Below are positions 51,256 through 61,884 of a DNA stretch of 64,000 bases, piece after piece. The notes below the pieces were generated by a model. It ran no database searches, had not been told where the DNA came from, and was given only the letters and a program-made list of their open reading frames with translations. Each line of letters opens with the position of its first letter. Within the stretch, counting starts at the first letter, position 1. Source of the DNA: Octopus vulgaris. Its lineage: Eukaryota. The position numbers and the translations under genes were made by a program. The stretch is from contig OX597816.1 in the NCBI GenBank assembly GCA_951406725.2, positions 109,058,001 through 109,122,000 on the forward strand, in the 5' to 3' direction.

Positions 51256-53370
51256 TTTTACACAAACTGGAGCACGATAGTATATATGCATACATATTTG
51301 CCATCGTTCCTGATCTGGTTTCCAAATAAACATTTAAAATAGAAAAATTATGGTGGTGATGATAATATTGTTTAGAGGAAGTGTAGAAATTGCAGTTCTA
51401 TATGAAGAACTAAAAATTTATGGTCTTGACTGTGTAGTCAAGTCTCTCTCACCCTTCCCCTCTTTGGTTCAAAGAATGTATTTCTTTCTTCCTTTCTAAT
51501 AATAATAATAATAATGATAATAAAACAACAGCACAGTTTTCAGTTATTCTTGTGTAAATCAGTGGACTGAACTTATACTGATAAAATGATGCTACTACAT
51601 TTTTTTTTTTTTTGCTGTTGGGGTAGTGAGAGTGGTAGTCAAGTGCTTAGTTATAGATTAATTCACAGATTGTCCAAGATCCCACCATTGCTCAACTTGC
51701 AGTGATTAATTATAATGTTTTGTTAAATATACTGTGTCAGGCTGGGGCAGGAGGTCAGTGGAAACTGTACAATGTTGGACCGAAAAAAAGACCCCCAAAC
51801 TAAAAAAAAAACCCAAAGAAATTGTCATATTTTTACTTCTTAAGTTAAAGTTCAAATATTGCCAGCTTTCACTTTGTCTTTTCATCACTACTAAAAAAAA
51901 AAAGAAAAAATGAAAAGCAAGTAAAAAAAATAAATAATCAGTGTTGATTTAAATAAATCTATACCTATTTCTTACAAAAATTTATCTTTATTATATTGGT
52001 TAAAAACAACAAAAAAAAAAAACCCCAAAGGGTCAAAAAGAAATAATTGTTTCAAAATTTGACACAAGGCCAGCAATTTTAGCTGGAGGTGTGGGTGTTA
52101 GTTGATTACATTGACTCCAGTATTTAACTGATACTTTATTTTTATCAACTCCAAAAGTATGAAAGGCAAAGTTGATCTTAGGAGTATTTGAACTCAGAAT
52201 TCAAAGAGCTGGGAAAAAATGTCACAAAGCATTTTGTTCCACTTGCTAGCGTTTCAGTCACTTCACTGTTTGGAAAATGAAATAATGATAATAATAATAA
52301 TAATAATGATGATGATGGTGTATTGTTTGACAGTTGAGTTCTTACAGAACTAAGCTCAAAATTGGTTTATTCCTTCTTTGTCTCTGGATCTGAGGAAGCT
52401 TGTCTACTGAAGAAACTTTGTTACTTAATGTGTTCTATGAATATACTACTCGAATTTTTTTAATAAAAATAGTGGAATTGAGGAGTTGTGAAGTTTGTTA
52501 TTTTCAAGATTTTTGTTCATTAATTAAATTTTTATTGGTAATTACTCTATAGATTTATAATGCTTGAGCACTTATATACTTTTGCCTAGTTCAAGAATAT
52601 ATACACTCACATATAGCTAAGGGCATTGTTTTAGAATGACATTACCTTATATATTAACATGTTTTAAGACAGACTATTAAATATATATATATATAGAAAG
52701 CGAAAAACATACTCCAGCTGAAAAACACCATTACCTCCCCATTTTGTTCTTCTATATGTGAATATATATATATATTATAAATAATGTTCACTGGTTTATC
52801 TCGTGCAACATGGTGAATAATTATTAAAGTGCTGGGCAACAAGTGTATATACATTCCTTGTTCTTCTAAACTTGTTAATTATTTATACACAGGCGCATAC
52901 ATTTTGTTTCTGATGGTGCAGGTTATAGCTTCTGTATATGTGTTTATTGTGTGTGTGTATGTATGTGCGTGTGTGTGTGTTTTTCTGTCATGTACATATG
53001 CGTGTATATCCATGTGTACATGGTTATGTATATGTACATACTGTACTGTATTATGTAGTCAGCTCTGCCATATTAAACTACTAAGTTTGTTTTTTTAATG
53101 ATGCCAGTGATAAGCTTCATATTGAATAATTTAAAGACAACTCCGAGTCTTGTCACTGCAAATAATGTTGATAGTCATCATAATAACGATGATGATGACG
53201 ACGGTCATGATGATGATGATGACATTGTATTTGCAACCACTAAAAAAAAATGTTCCTGTTAATATTTTCTCTAACAGGCAATAAATGTAATGTTACAACA
53301 ACAACATATGCAACAAATAATGACAGTAATAAAATAAAACTGAGGAAAAAAAACGGAAAAGAAAAAGAAT

Positions 53371-53430
53371 AATAAAACTTGTTAAACAAGTGTATTATAT
53401 TTTGTTTGTTTTATTGTGTTGTTTTTGCTT
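53371..53430 (+). terminator. Candidate distal polyadenylation site (AATAAA plus a GU/U-rich downstream element)
   Basis: AATAAA at 53371-53376, then about 25 nt later tttgtttgtttttattgtgttgtttttgc. Transposon density rises sharply just downstream. Many other AATAAA hexamers occur between 43.9 and 53.4 kb. Confidence 0.5.
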
Positions 53431-53616
53431 TCATCTTTTCATGCAGCATTTTGGTGAGAACTGAACAAGCACTAGGGCCCACACACAACTATACCCTGAT
53501 AAGAACTATCCATCATTTTATACACCCTTTCTCCCTTTCTCACTAATGCAAACACACACACACGTAATTATGTGTATATGTACATAATCATACAATTACA
53601 TACATGCATATGTATG

Positions 53617-53652
<36 letters not shown>

Positions 53653-53655
<3 letters not shown>

Positions 53656-54029
53656 TTGCGTCAGAAATTAATTAGCACTTCTCAAATTTCTACATTAAAT
53701 AGGTTAAATCAATTAACCTATGAGCTGTTCAAAACGTCTTACGCGATGAGAAAACTTAGTATGGTGTGATTTCGGTCCTTGCGAGGCGCTACCTATATCT
53801 ATTGAACAAAGGAAGATTTGTCTGCATCCGCACTCCAAGTTGCTGCACTGCTATGTCAACATCATAAGGCTGTAGACTCTCAAACTGCTCTGCAAACAAA
53901 GTTACGTCATCGTTCTGCGCAACAGTGAACTCGCAACAAAGCAATAGTTCGAGATATGGCCACTAGGTGACAGCACATACCTTGAGTGAAGAGCAAATCA
54001 AGGGTGCTAATTAATTTCTGACGGTAGTG
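53653..54029. mobile_element. Tc1-type MITE
   Basis: TA|CACTTGCGTCAGAAATTAATTAGCAC...GTGCTAATTAATTTCTGACGGTAGTG|TA, inserted in (TA)n. Confidence 0.85.
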
Positions 54030-54035
54030 TATATA

Positions 54036-54264
54036 TATATTTCTTTACTACCCACAAGGAGCTAAACATAGAGGGGACAAACAAGGACAGACAAAGGGAT
54101 TAAGTCGATTACATCGACCCCAGTGCGTAACTGGTACTTAATTTATCAACCCCGAAAGGATGAAAGGCAAAGTCGACCTCGGCGGAATTTGAACTTGGAA
54201 CGTAATGACAGACGAAATACTGCTACGAATTTCGCCCGGCGTGCTAACGTTTCTACCAGCTCGC
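54036..54264 (-). mobile_element. SINE family B copy (young)
   Basis: Nearly identical to 43214-43445 and 61607-61842. Confidence 0.88.
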
Positions 54265-54266
54265 AT

Positions 54267-55824
54267 ATCATCATCATCATCATCATCATCATTTAGCGTC
54301 CGTTCTCCATGCTAGCATGGGTTGGACGGTTCAACTGGGGTCTGTGAAGCTGGAAGGCTTCATCAGGCCCAGTCAGATCTGGCAGTGTTTCTACGGCTGG
54401 ATGCCCTTCCTAACGCCAACCACTCCGTGAGTGTAGTGGGTGCTTTTTACGTGCCACCTGCACAGGTGCCAGACAGAGCTGGCAAACGGCCACGAACGGA
54501 TGGTGCTTTTACGTGTCACCGGCACGGGGCCAGGCGGGGCTGGCAACGGACACGAACAGATGGTGCTTTTACGTGCCACCAACACGGGGGCCAGACAGAG
54601 CTGGCAAACGGCCACGAAACGGATGGTGCTTTTACGTGTCACCGGCACGGGGGCCAGGCGAGGCTGGCAACGGGCACGAACGGATGGTGCTTTTACATGC
54701 CACCGACATGGGGGCCAGACAGGGCTGGCAAACGGCCACGAACGGATGGTGCTTTTACGTGTCACCGGCACGGGGGCCTGGCGAGGCTGGCAACGGACAC
54801 GAACGGATGGTGCTTTTACATGTCACCGACATGGGGGCCAGACAGGGCTGGCAAACGGCCACGAACGGATGGTGCTTTTACGTGTCACCGGCACGGGGGC
54901 CAGACAGAGCTGGCAAACGGCCACGAACGGATGGTGCTTTTACGTGTCACCGGCACGGGGGCCAGACAGAGCTGGCAAACGGCCACAAACGGATGGTACT
55001 TTTACGTGTCACCGGCACGGGGGCCAGGCCAGGCTGGCAACGAACACGAACGGATGGTGCTTTTACGTGCCACCTACACGGGGGCCAGACAGGGCTGGCG
55101 AACGGCTACGAACGGATGGTACTTTTACGTGTCACCTGCACGGGGGCCCTGATGTTGAACGACCTCAATTTGGTTTGATCTTGATTTTGACTGTTCTCAC
55201 TGGTCTTGCCGGGTTTTCTCACGCACAGCATACCTCCAAAGGTCTCGGTCACTGGTCATTTCCTTGGTGAGACCTAAAGTTCGAAGGTCGTGCTTCACCG
55301 CCTCGACCCAGGTTTTCCTGGGTCTACCTCTTCCACAGGTCCCCTCAACTGCCAGGGTGTGGCACTTTCGCACACCACTATCTTCAGCCATTCTCATCAC
55401 ATGACCATACCAGCGCATACGTCTCTCTTGCACACAACAACTGATACTTCTTAGGTTCAACTTTTCTCTCAAGGTACTTACACTCTGTCGATTATGAACA
55501 CTGACGTTACACATCCATCGGAGCATACTAGCTTCATTTCTTGCGAGCTTACGCAAATCCTCAGCAGTCACAGCCCAAGTTTCACTACCATGTAGCATGG
55601 CTGTACGTACACATGCATCATACAGTCTGCCTTTTACTTTGAGCGAGAGGCCTTTTGTCACCAGCAGAGGTAAGAGCTCTCTAAACTTTGCCCAGGTTAT
55701 TCTTACTCTAGCAGTTATACTCTCAGCGCACCCGCCCCCGCTACTGACTTGGTCACCTAGGTAACGGAAACTATCAACTACTTCTAGCTTTTCTCCCTGG
55801 AAAGTGACGGAAGTTGGTCTCAGA
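54267..55824 (-). mobile_element. 5'-truncated RTE-clade LINE: intact C-terminal ORF fragment, 3' UTR with tandem array, (ATG)n tail
   Basis: ORF 55197..~55820 LEVVDSFRYLG...RLYDACVRTAMLHGSETW...RWYGHVMRM...GRGRPRKTW is a typical RTE ORF end with no disruptions. Possible TSD gcatat at 54263-54268 and 55825-55830. Confidence 0.93.
54439..55150 (-). repeat. Tandem array of 12 units of 60-63 nt (two unit types, order A B A B A B A A A B A, then a partial unit) in the LINE 3' UTR
   Basis: Unit starts (ggtgct/ggtact on +) at 54439, 54502, 54562, 54625, 54686, 54748, 54809, 54871, 54933, 54995, 55056 and 55118. Confidence 0.95.
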
Positions 55825-55866
<42 letters not shown>

Positions 55867-56699
55867 ACACACACACACATTTATATGTGTGTGGGTGAAC
55901 GTAAGCTCACGCTGTATTCGTTAAAAATTTTTGATTTTATTATTGCTACTTAGAAGTTTTTTTGTGTGTATATGTCGAAATTTTGGTGATATTTGGTAGT
56001 TGGCTGATGCGGGGTTCAAGCTTCTCTACGTCAATTATTATTGTATGTTTTCTTATTCTGTACATCCCTCTGTGCCAGATATTTTACTATATCTGTCTGT
56101 CTGACTGAACTGTTCAGTAGTTCATTGCATAACTATGAGACCTCGTGTCGATCCCACTGTGTGGCATCTGGGACAAATATCATACTTTATATACCTTTGG
56201 ATCAACCTATACTTTGTGTAAATTAGTAGACGGAGAATAACTTTTGAATAGCCATTGAATAGCTTTTGCTTGTAATTCATAGGTACAGTCTTGTCACAAA
56301 CTGTGTCATGCTGATTCTGCTTTAGAATTAGTCATATGTATATATGCCAACGAAAAGTTCCGCCACTTATACAGGTAATTCAGTTGATCAAACACATCAA
56401 TTTTCATTCTCAAAACCAACAGAGCTACTCACTAATATGTGGTATGTGTATATATATATATATTAACAAACGAATGGATTTCTGAGTGCTGCTACAATAA
56501 TTTTGCTAGGAGTTGTTATTTTGATTTAAGCATAATACATTTATTCAGTGCAATACACTAAACAACTCCCAAGCTCGCCAGGTAACTTCTCAAATCAAAG
56601 TGATACAGCGACTTGATCAGTAATCCATTAATTCTCAGTAATGAGAGTCAATGGATTTCTTAACACAAATGGATTATTCATATATGAATTGTATGTATT

Positions 56700-57560
56700 A
56701 GCCGGCTGATCGGCAAACGTTTGCAGACGACATGGTACTTTTGGCTCATCAGAAGATGATCTTCAGCCTGCAGTGAATGGGTTCGCTGTCGTATACGACA
56801 AAGGAGGGCTGAGAATAAGTATTGCAAAGTCTGAGAAATTGGTACTCTCAATAGTTTTCCCAGCGCACTCTGCACTGAGGCAAGTGGAAAAGTTTAAGTA
56901 TTTCGGGGCCATATTCATGAATAATGGGAGGTAGGTGTTTGGATTAGATGCTACAATTACAGGTGCTGGTACAGTCAACTTAGCATACGATACTCAGAAG
57001 AGAATACCTACGCTGAACTATTGAGATTTCTAAAATTACTCTATCCAGATTACAAGTTCAGGTTTATACCTGTAATTACAAAAAACAAAAAACAAAAAAA
57101 AAAAACTAACTAAATTTGCTATCTTCAACAAAAAACAAAAAAAAAACCAACTAAATTTGCTATCTTCAACTCGATTTTCGTGCTTAACTTCATTTATGGT
57201 CATGAATGCTTGGTAATGTCTGAAAGAGTACAATCGTGAATACAAGCGTCCGAAATGGGGTTATGTTACTCGAAAGAGTGTGTAGCTCGGAGATAAGGAA
57301 GTCTTTCCAGGTGGGACTGTTATTTCTCCACACTGAGCGGTCACATCTCCGGTAATATGAACATGTGATGAGAATGCCGCAGGAAAGAATCGCAAGCTGG
57401 ATTCTTCAAGTCGAACCAACCGGCGTATCTAAGAACAATATGAAGCATAATATTCATGGTTTTAGTTGGTCATGTGAGAATCTAGACGGAATGTGTAGAG
57501 TCCCCAGACACCCATTCCGTACATATGGAGAGTGTGCGAAATGACTTTAAGGACATATTT
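56700..57560 (+). mobile_element. Decayed RTE (Rex3/Expander-like) LINE fragment
   Basis: DDLQPAVNGF...GLRISIAKSEKLV...LRQVEKFKYFG and TKFAIFNSIFV..FIYGHECLVMSERVQS*IQASEM. Confidence 0.75.
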
Positions 57561-57579
57561 GGTAATTTAACAAAACAAT

Positions 57580-60030
57580 TCTAATATAGCAATAGCTAAA
57601 TGTATTCTAATAAAAATTTGTGTAAGTTCTTGATAAGCTTTCTTAAAAGATTATTCTATAAACCCACCTTAAACTTCCATAACTGCATCAATCGGGATCG
57701 GAACCGTTGACATGCTTGCACTAAATGGGTCTTATTGATTTCGGACATCACATGGACAATGGCGGCTTTCAGTGATTCTATGATATTTTGAGGATGTCAG
57801 TTAATCTCCCTTCAACAATGCTCTGAACGTTGTAGTCTATGGAATTTAAATCTAGTGATTTTAGAGGTTACACCTTTGGTGTTACGCGATCGTAATGTCT
57901 GACATCTCGTTTTTAGGTTGCATTGGCTTTTTGAGAGGATGCTGAATCTAGTTGAGACACATATTTCCTATTACATATTCCATACATCTAGAGCTGAACA
58001 ACTGTCACCAGGCCTCAATATATTCAGCAGCATTAATTCTAAGTCCCTGTGGAATGATGTGAAGTGGCAAGATATGACCTTCGTTACTCACCACTACTAA
58101 AACCACCAGAGTTACGGGAAACACGTGCGCATCACTCTACCAACATGAGAACGAACTGCACATAAATCATCTGTCATTTCTTCTATTAGACTTTTAGTCT
58201 TGATTGAAGTTTTCACATAAGAGAAGAACCAGAACATATGTTCGTCAGGGCTTGGTATGTAACCGATCAAACGATTTTCCCATGTCTTTGCAGGCATGAA
58301 TTGGGCTCTCTTCTGTGCATGCGATTTGTAACGAATGTCTTCGTGCACAACAGTTCTGATATTAGGTCGTCAAGTATGAAGTTTTTAGAAAAGAAAAATA
58401 AGTTTGCTAATGTTTTATGAATACAGAGAATAGTTTTATTCATCAAAGTATGCACCCGTATTTTCAATACACTTTTGCTATTTCAGCGGTAGCTTGTCCA
58501 ACCCGGAACTGTAAAAACCTTGCAATCTAGAGTCAATAAAATCTTGGAAGGTCTGTTTTACAGCATCGTCGGAATTAAATTTTTATCCTATCAAAAAGTT
58601 ATCCAAATTTTGGAAGAAGTGGTAGTCAGTGGGGGCAAAATCAGGTGGGTATTGTGGGTGATGTAGAACTTCGAACTCCAACTCCTGTTGTTTCGCCAAA
58701 GTCATTTTTGCGATGTGTGGTCTGGCGTTGTCTTGCGATAAAATAGGAGCGGGTCTATTGACTAATCTAGGCTTTTTTTTGTATGTTTCTGCATCATTTG
58801 GTCCAGTTGGTTGCAGGATACTTCGGCTGTGATTGATGAGCCAGGTTTAATGAAATCATAATGGATCACACCTGCGCCAGGCCACCAAACACATACCATT
58901 AGCTTCTTTTGATGAATTTTGCTTTTTGGACTGTTTTGGTGGCTCGTCTTTGTCCAACCATTGTGTTTACGGTTGTTGTATTGGATCCATTTCTCTTCAC
59001 ATGTTACAATTCGATTTAAAAATTATTCATTTTTGTGACTAGAAAGTAAAATAATGCAGGCTTCCAAACGTGGCTGTTTCTGATTTTCATTGAGTTCATG
59101 TGGAACCCACTTATCCAACTTTTTCACTTTACCGATTTGAACTAGGTGAGTCAATATTGTTTACTTGCTAACACCAAACAACAACGATAATTCACTGGCA
59201 TTTTGAGATGGATCTGTCTCGACGATGGCTTTCACTTGGTCATTACCCACCTTTGTCTCTGGTCGATCGCGTTGTTCATTTGTGATGTCAAAGTTATCAG
59301 AACGAAATTTTGCAAACCGGTTTGATACTGTCTGATGTGTAATAACATTAGAATGAAATGCTCCATTAATATTCCGAGCTGTCTGTGATGCTGTATTTCC
59401 AAGAAATAACTCATATTTCAAAACTGTACGAATCCCCGACTTATCCATCTCTAAACAAAAATAGCAAAAAACGATTTATAAATACTTTATAAAGCGCAAA
59501 ATGAATTAGAATAAAGAAATAAATGTGTCAGCTTTCTAACAAAAAATATTGTCAAAATATAATAATGGCGCAAAATGAGTAGCTGTCAAAGTTTACCATA
59601 TACCTTACTACAAATTTCATACTTGACCACCTAATATTTTACTCCGATATGTTTGACGATAGCACTCATTGATTTTCCGGGATCATCATTGATAATGTTT
59701 TGAACCCGTTGGCTGAATTGCTGTATCCGTATGGCACCCGAACGTTTAGAACGTTTTTCCCTCTATGATACACTTGAAACATTCTCGCCAGAGGCTTCCA
59801 ATTCCACCAGAACTTTGTGAACAAAAGACCTCGTAACATTCAGAAAGTTGGCAATTTCGCAGACGCTGTGTTCTGCACATATTGCATAAATTGTTGCATA
59901 TTCTTCATTTCTTATGTTAGCATTTCATCTGCAATGGGAAATTTGAAAGAATTAGAAAACCTTTTAATTAGTTTGAAGGAAGTAATATAATGATGACAAA
60001 ATCTTCTCAGATCCATCCCTTTCGCAACCT
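57580..60030 (-). mobile_element. Decayed Tc1/mariner element (DD37D/maT-like), split by an inner mariner
   Basis: N-terminal EIANFLNVTRSFVHKV..ELEAS (about 59790-59865) continues after the insertion as IRTVVHEDIRYKS; then FWFFS..K, SLDLNSIDY (an SPDLNPLDY derivative, about 57830-57860) and ACQRFRSR. Ends approximate. Confidence 0.7.
58362..59634 (-). mobile_element. Full-length (1273 bp) DD34D mariner with a disrupted transposase
   Basis: TA|TTAGGTCGTCAAGTATGAA...TTCATACTTGACCACCTAA|TA. ATG at 59448; WVPHEL, IVTCEEKW, QDNARPH and YPPDFAPTDY motifs; stops and frameshifts present. Confidence 0.92.
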
Positions 60031-60060
60031 GTACCTACATACATAATACATATATACATT

Positions 60061-60607
60061 TTGTGTACAGTTGTGGAAATCAGCTGCCCAGTGGATGTTA
60101 ACATGCAACTGAAGATCAGAGAAAAAGAGAATACCTACGCTGAACTATTGAGATTTCTAAAATCACTCTATCCAGATTACAAGTTCAGGTTTATACCTGT
60201 AATTACTGGGGCCCTGAGATATGTAACGCGCTACCTAAATACCAATCTTGAGAAATTAGGCATCTCAAAACCAGAAAGGAGGAAGCTGATTCGAAGACTA
60301 CAAATCCAAGCCATCACTGGAACTGCAAAAATATGTAAAACTTTCCTGACGTTTATCATTTAAGTATATATGAGCATGTATAGATATGCAAATATATGCA
60401 TGAGAAGACATATATAAAGCAAAACATACATACATACATACATACATACATGCATACATACATACATACATACATACATACATACATACATACATACATA
60501 CATACATACTCTGTTGTTTGTGTTGAAATTCCAATGAAGGAACCTTGGTTCTAGGTTAGAAACCGGCTCTTTCTCTATTGGCAAGAAATCTTGAAATAAA
60601 ACTGAAC
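60061..60607 (+). mobile_element. 5'-truncated non-LTR retrotransposon with restriction-like endonuclease C-terminus (R4/Dong-like)
   Basis: VVEISCPVDVN....REKENTYAEL...L...YP.....IPVITGAL matches the end of an RLE domain; stop at 60363; 3' UTR with (TACA)n; 3' end abuts (CA)n. Confidence 0.78.
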
Positions 60608-61197
60608 CACACACACACACACACACACACGCCCTTTCAATACCACTTCGTACCTGCGTTGTACCTTGGGTAAGTTTTTCGTTATAGCTTCATGTCGGCC
60701 AATGTGGATTTCGGTAGAGAGACACACAGAAAACCAGAAAGAGACAGAGAAACATGTGTAGGTTTACTTAAGCACCACGCATAGTTATTGTTTGTCATAT
60801 ATAAGGTAATGCAGGATTACATATCTGAGCCAAAGTTTCGTTCAATAAGCCTTTCAGTTAATTTTACACATTGGTGGATAGGGCCAATTGCTATTCATCA
60901 TCTGTTAGGGAAGCGACGTAATTTAGATCATTCATGTGTTATCAGACATTTTTCTTCACAGTTCGCTCATGTGTATAGTCAACCAAAAGGTTGATTCAAT
61001 GAAATCTTTGTTCGGATAGGCAATCCGGTTTTCGTTACGTATGACAAATATGTAATATATTCTAGATACTTTTAATGCAAGTGTTTATTAAAAACTTTTG
61101 TTTTGGATCAAATAATAAAGAAAATAATATATATGCATATTCATATACACATGCACATATTCTCTCGCACGCACTTATGAACGCACACAGACACACA

Positions 61198-61254
<57 letters not shown>

Positions 61255-61606
61255 ACACACACACACTCATACACATGTACACACATACTCTGATACGCTC
61301 ATATTTCATATGGAGAATAGCTTTTCTTTTCAAATATGCGTTAAATTATGAAAACTGACTGTGTTCCAATCTAACCATTTTAAAATCTACAATTCCTTTT
61401 AAAAATATTTTCGTAGTAGCTCATTGCAATTTGCTAGAAGTATTAAAATTTCCAAATCCACATCAATGTTTCTTGGTCATTTTATTCTTATCTTCTGGAC
61501 GACCAGCTGTTGGCAACTGTAGCAATATTATTGACCCTACTTGTAAGTAGGGTCAATAATATTGCTACTCCGTTTGTTGCATCAGGACTTTTGGCCTTAG
61601 AATTAT

Positions 61607-61842
61607 TTTTCTATTTCTTTACTACCCACAAGGGGCTAACCATAGAGGGGACAAACAAGGACAGACAAAGGGATTAAGTCGATTACGTCGACTCCAGTGC
61701 GAAACTGGTACTTTATTTATCGATTCTGAAAGGATGAAAGGCAAAGTCGACCTCCGCGGAATTTGAACTCAGAACGTAACGGCAGGCGAAATACCGCTAA
61801 GCATTTCTCCCGGCGCGCTAGCGTTTCTGCCAGTTCGCCGCC
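61607..61842 (-). mobile_element. SINE family B copy (young)
   Basis: TSD cttagaattat at 61596-61606 and 61843-61853. Confidence 0.88.
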
Positions 61843-61884
61843 CTTAGAATTATATATATTCAGTTAAGAAGTTTGTTTTTGTTT

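Noticed and set aside
52388-52425. CTGAGGA...GAAAC hammerhead-like core (similar partial cores at about 3876, 14915-14950 on minus, 35535-35570, 43113 and 62701)
   Set aside because: Stem II and/or the GTH cleavage site and stem I cannot be formed; at best unrecognisably decayed.
54322-55270. Three long overlapping + strand ORFs (276, 276 and 221 aa) and a CRISPR-like look of the array
   Set aside because: The 61/62-nt unit has no + strand stop in any frame, so the ORFs are by-products. The variable parts are homologous to each other rather than unique spacers, there are no cas genes, and the array lies in a LINE 3' UTR.
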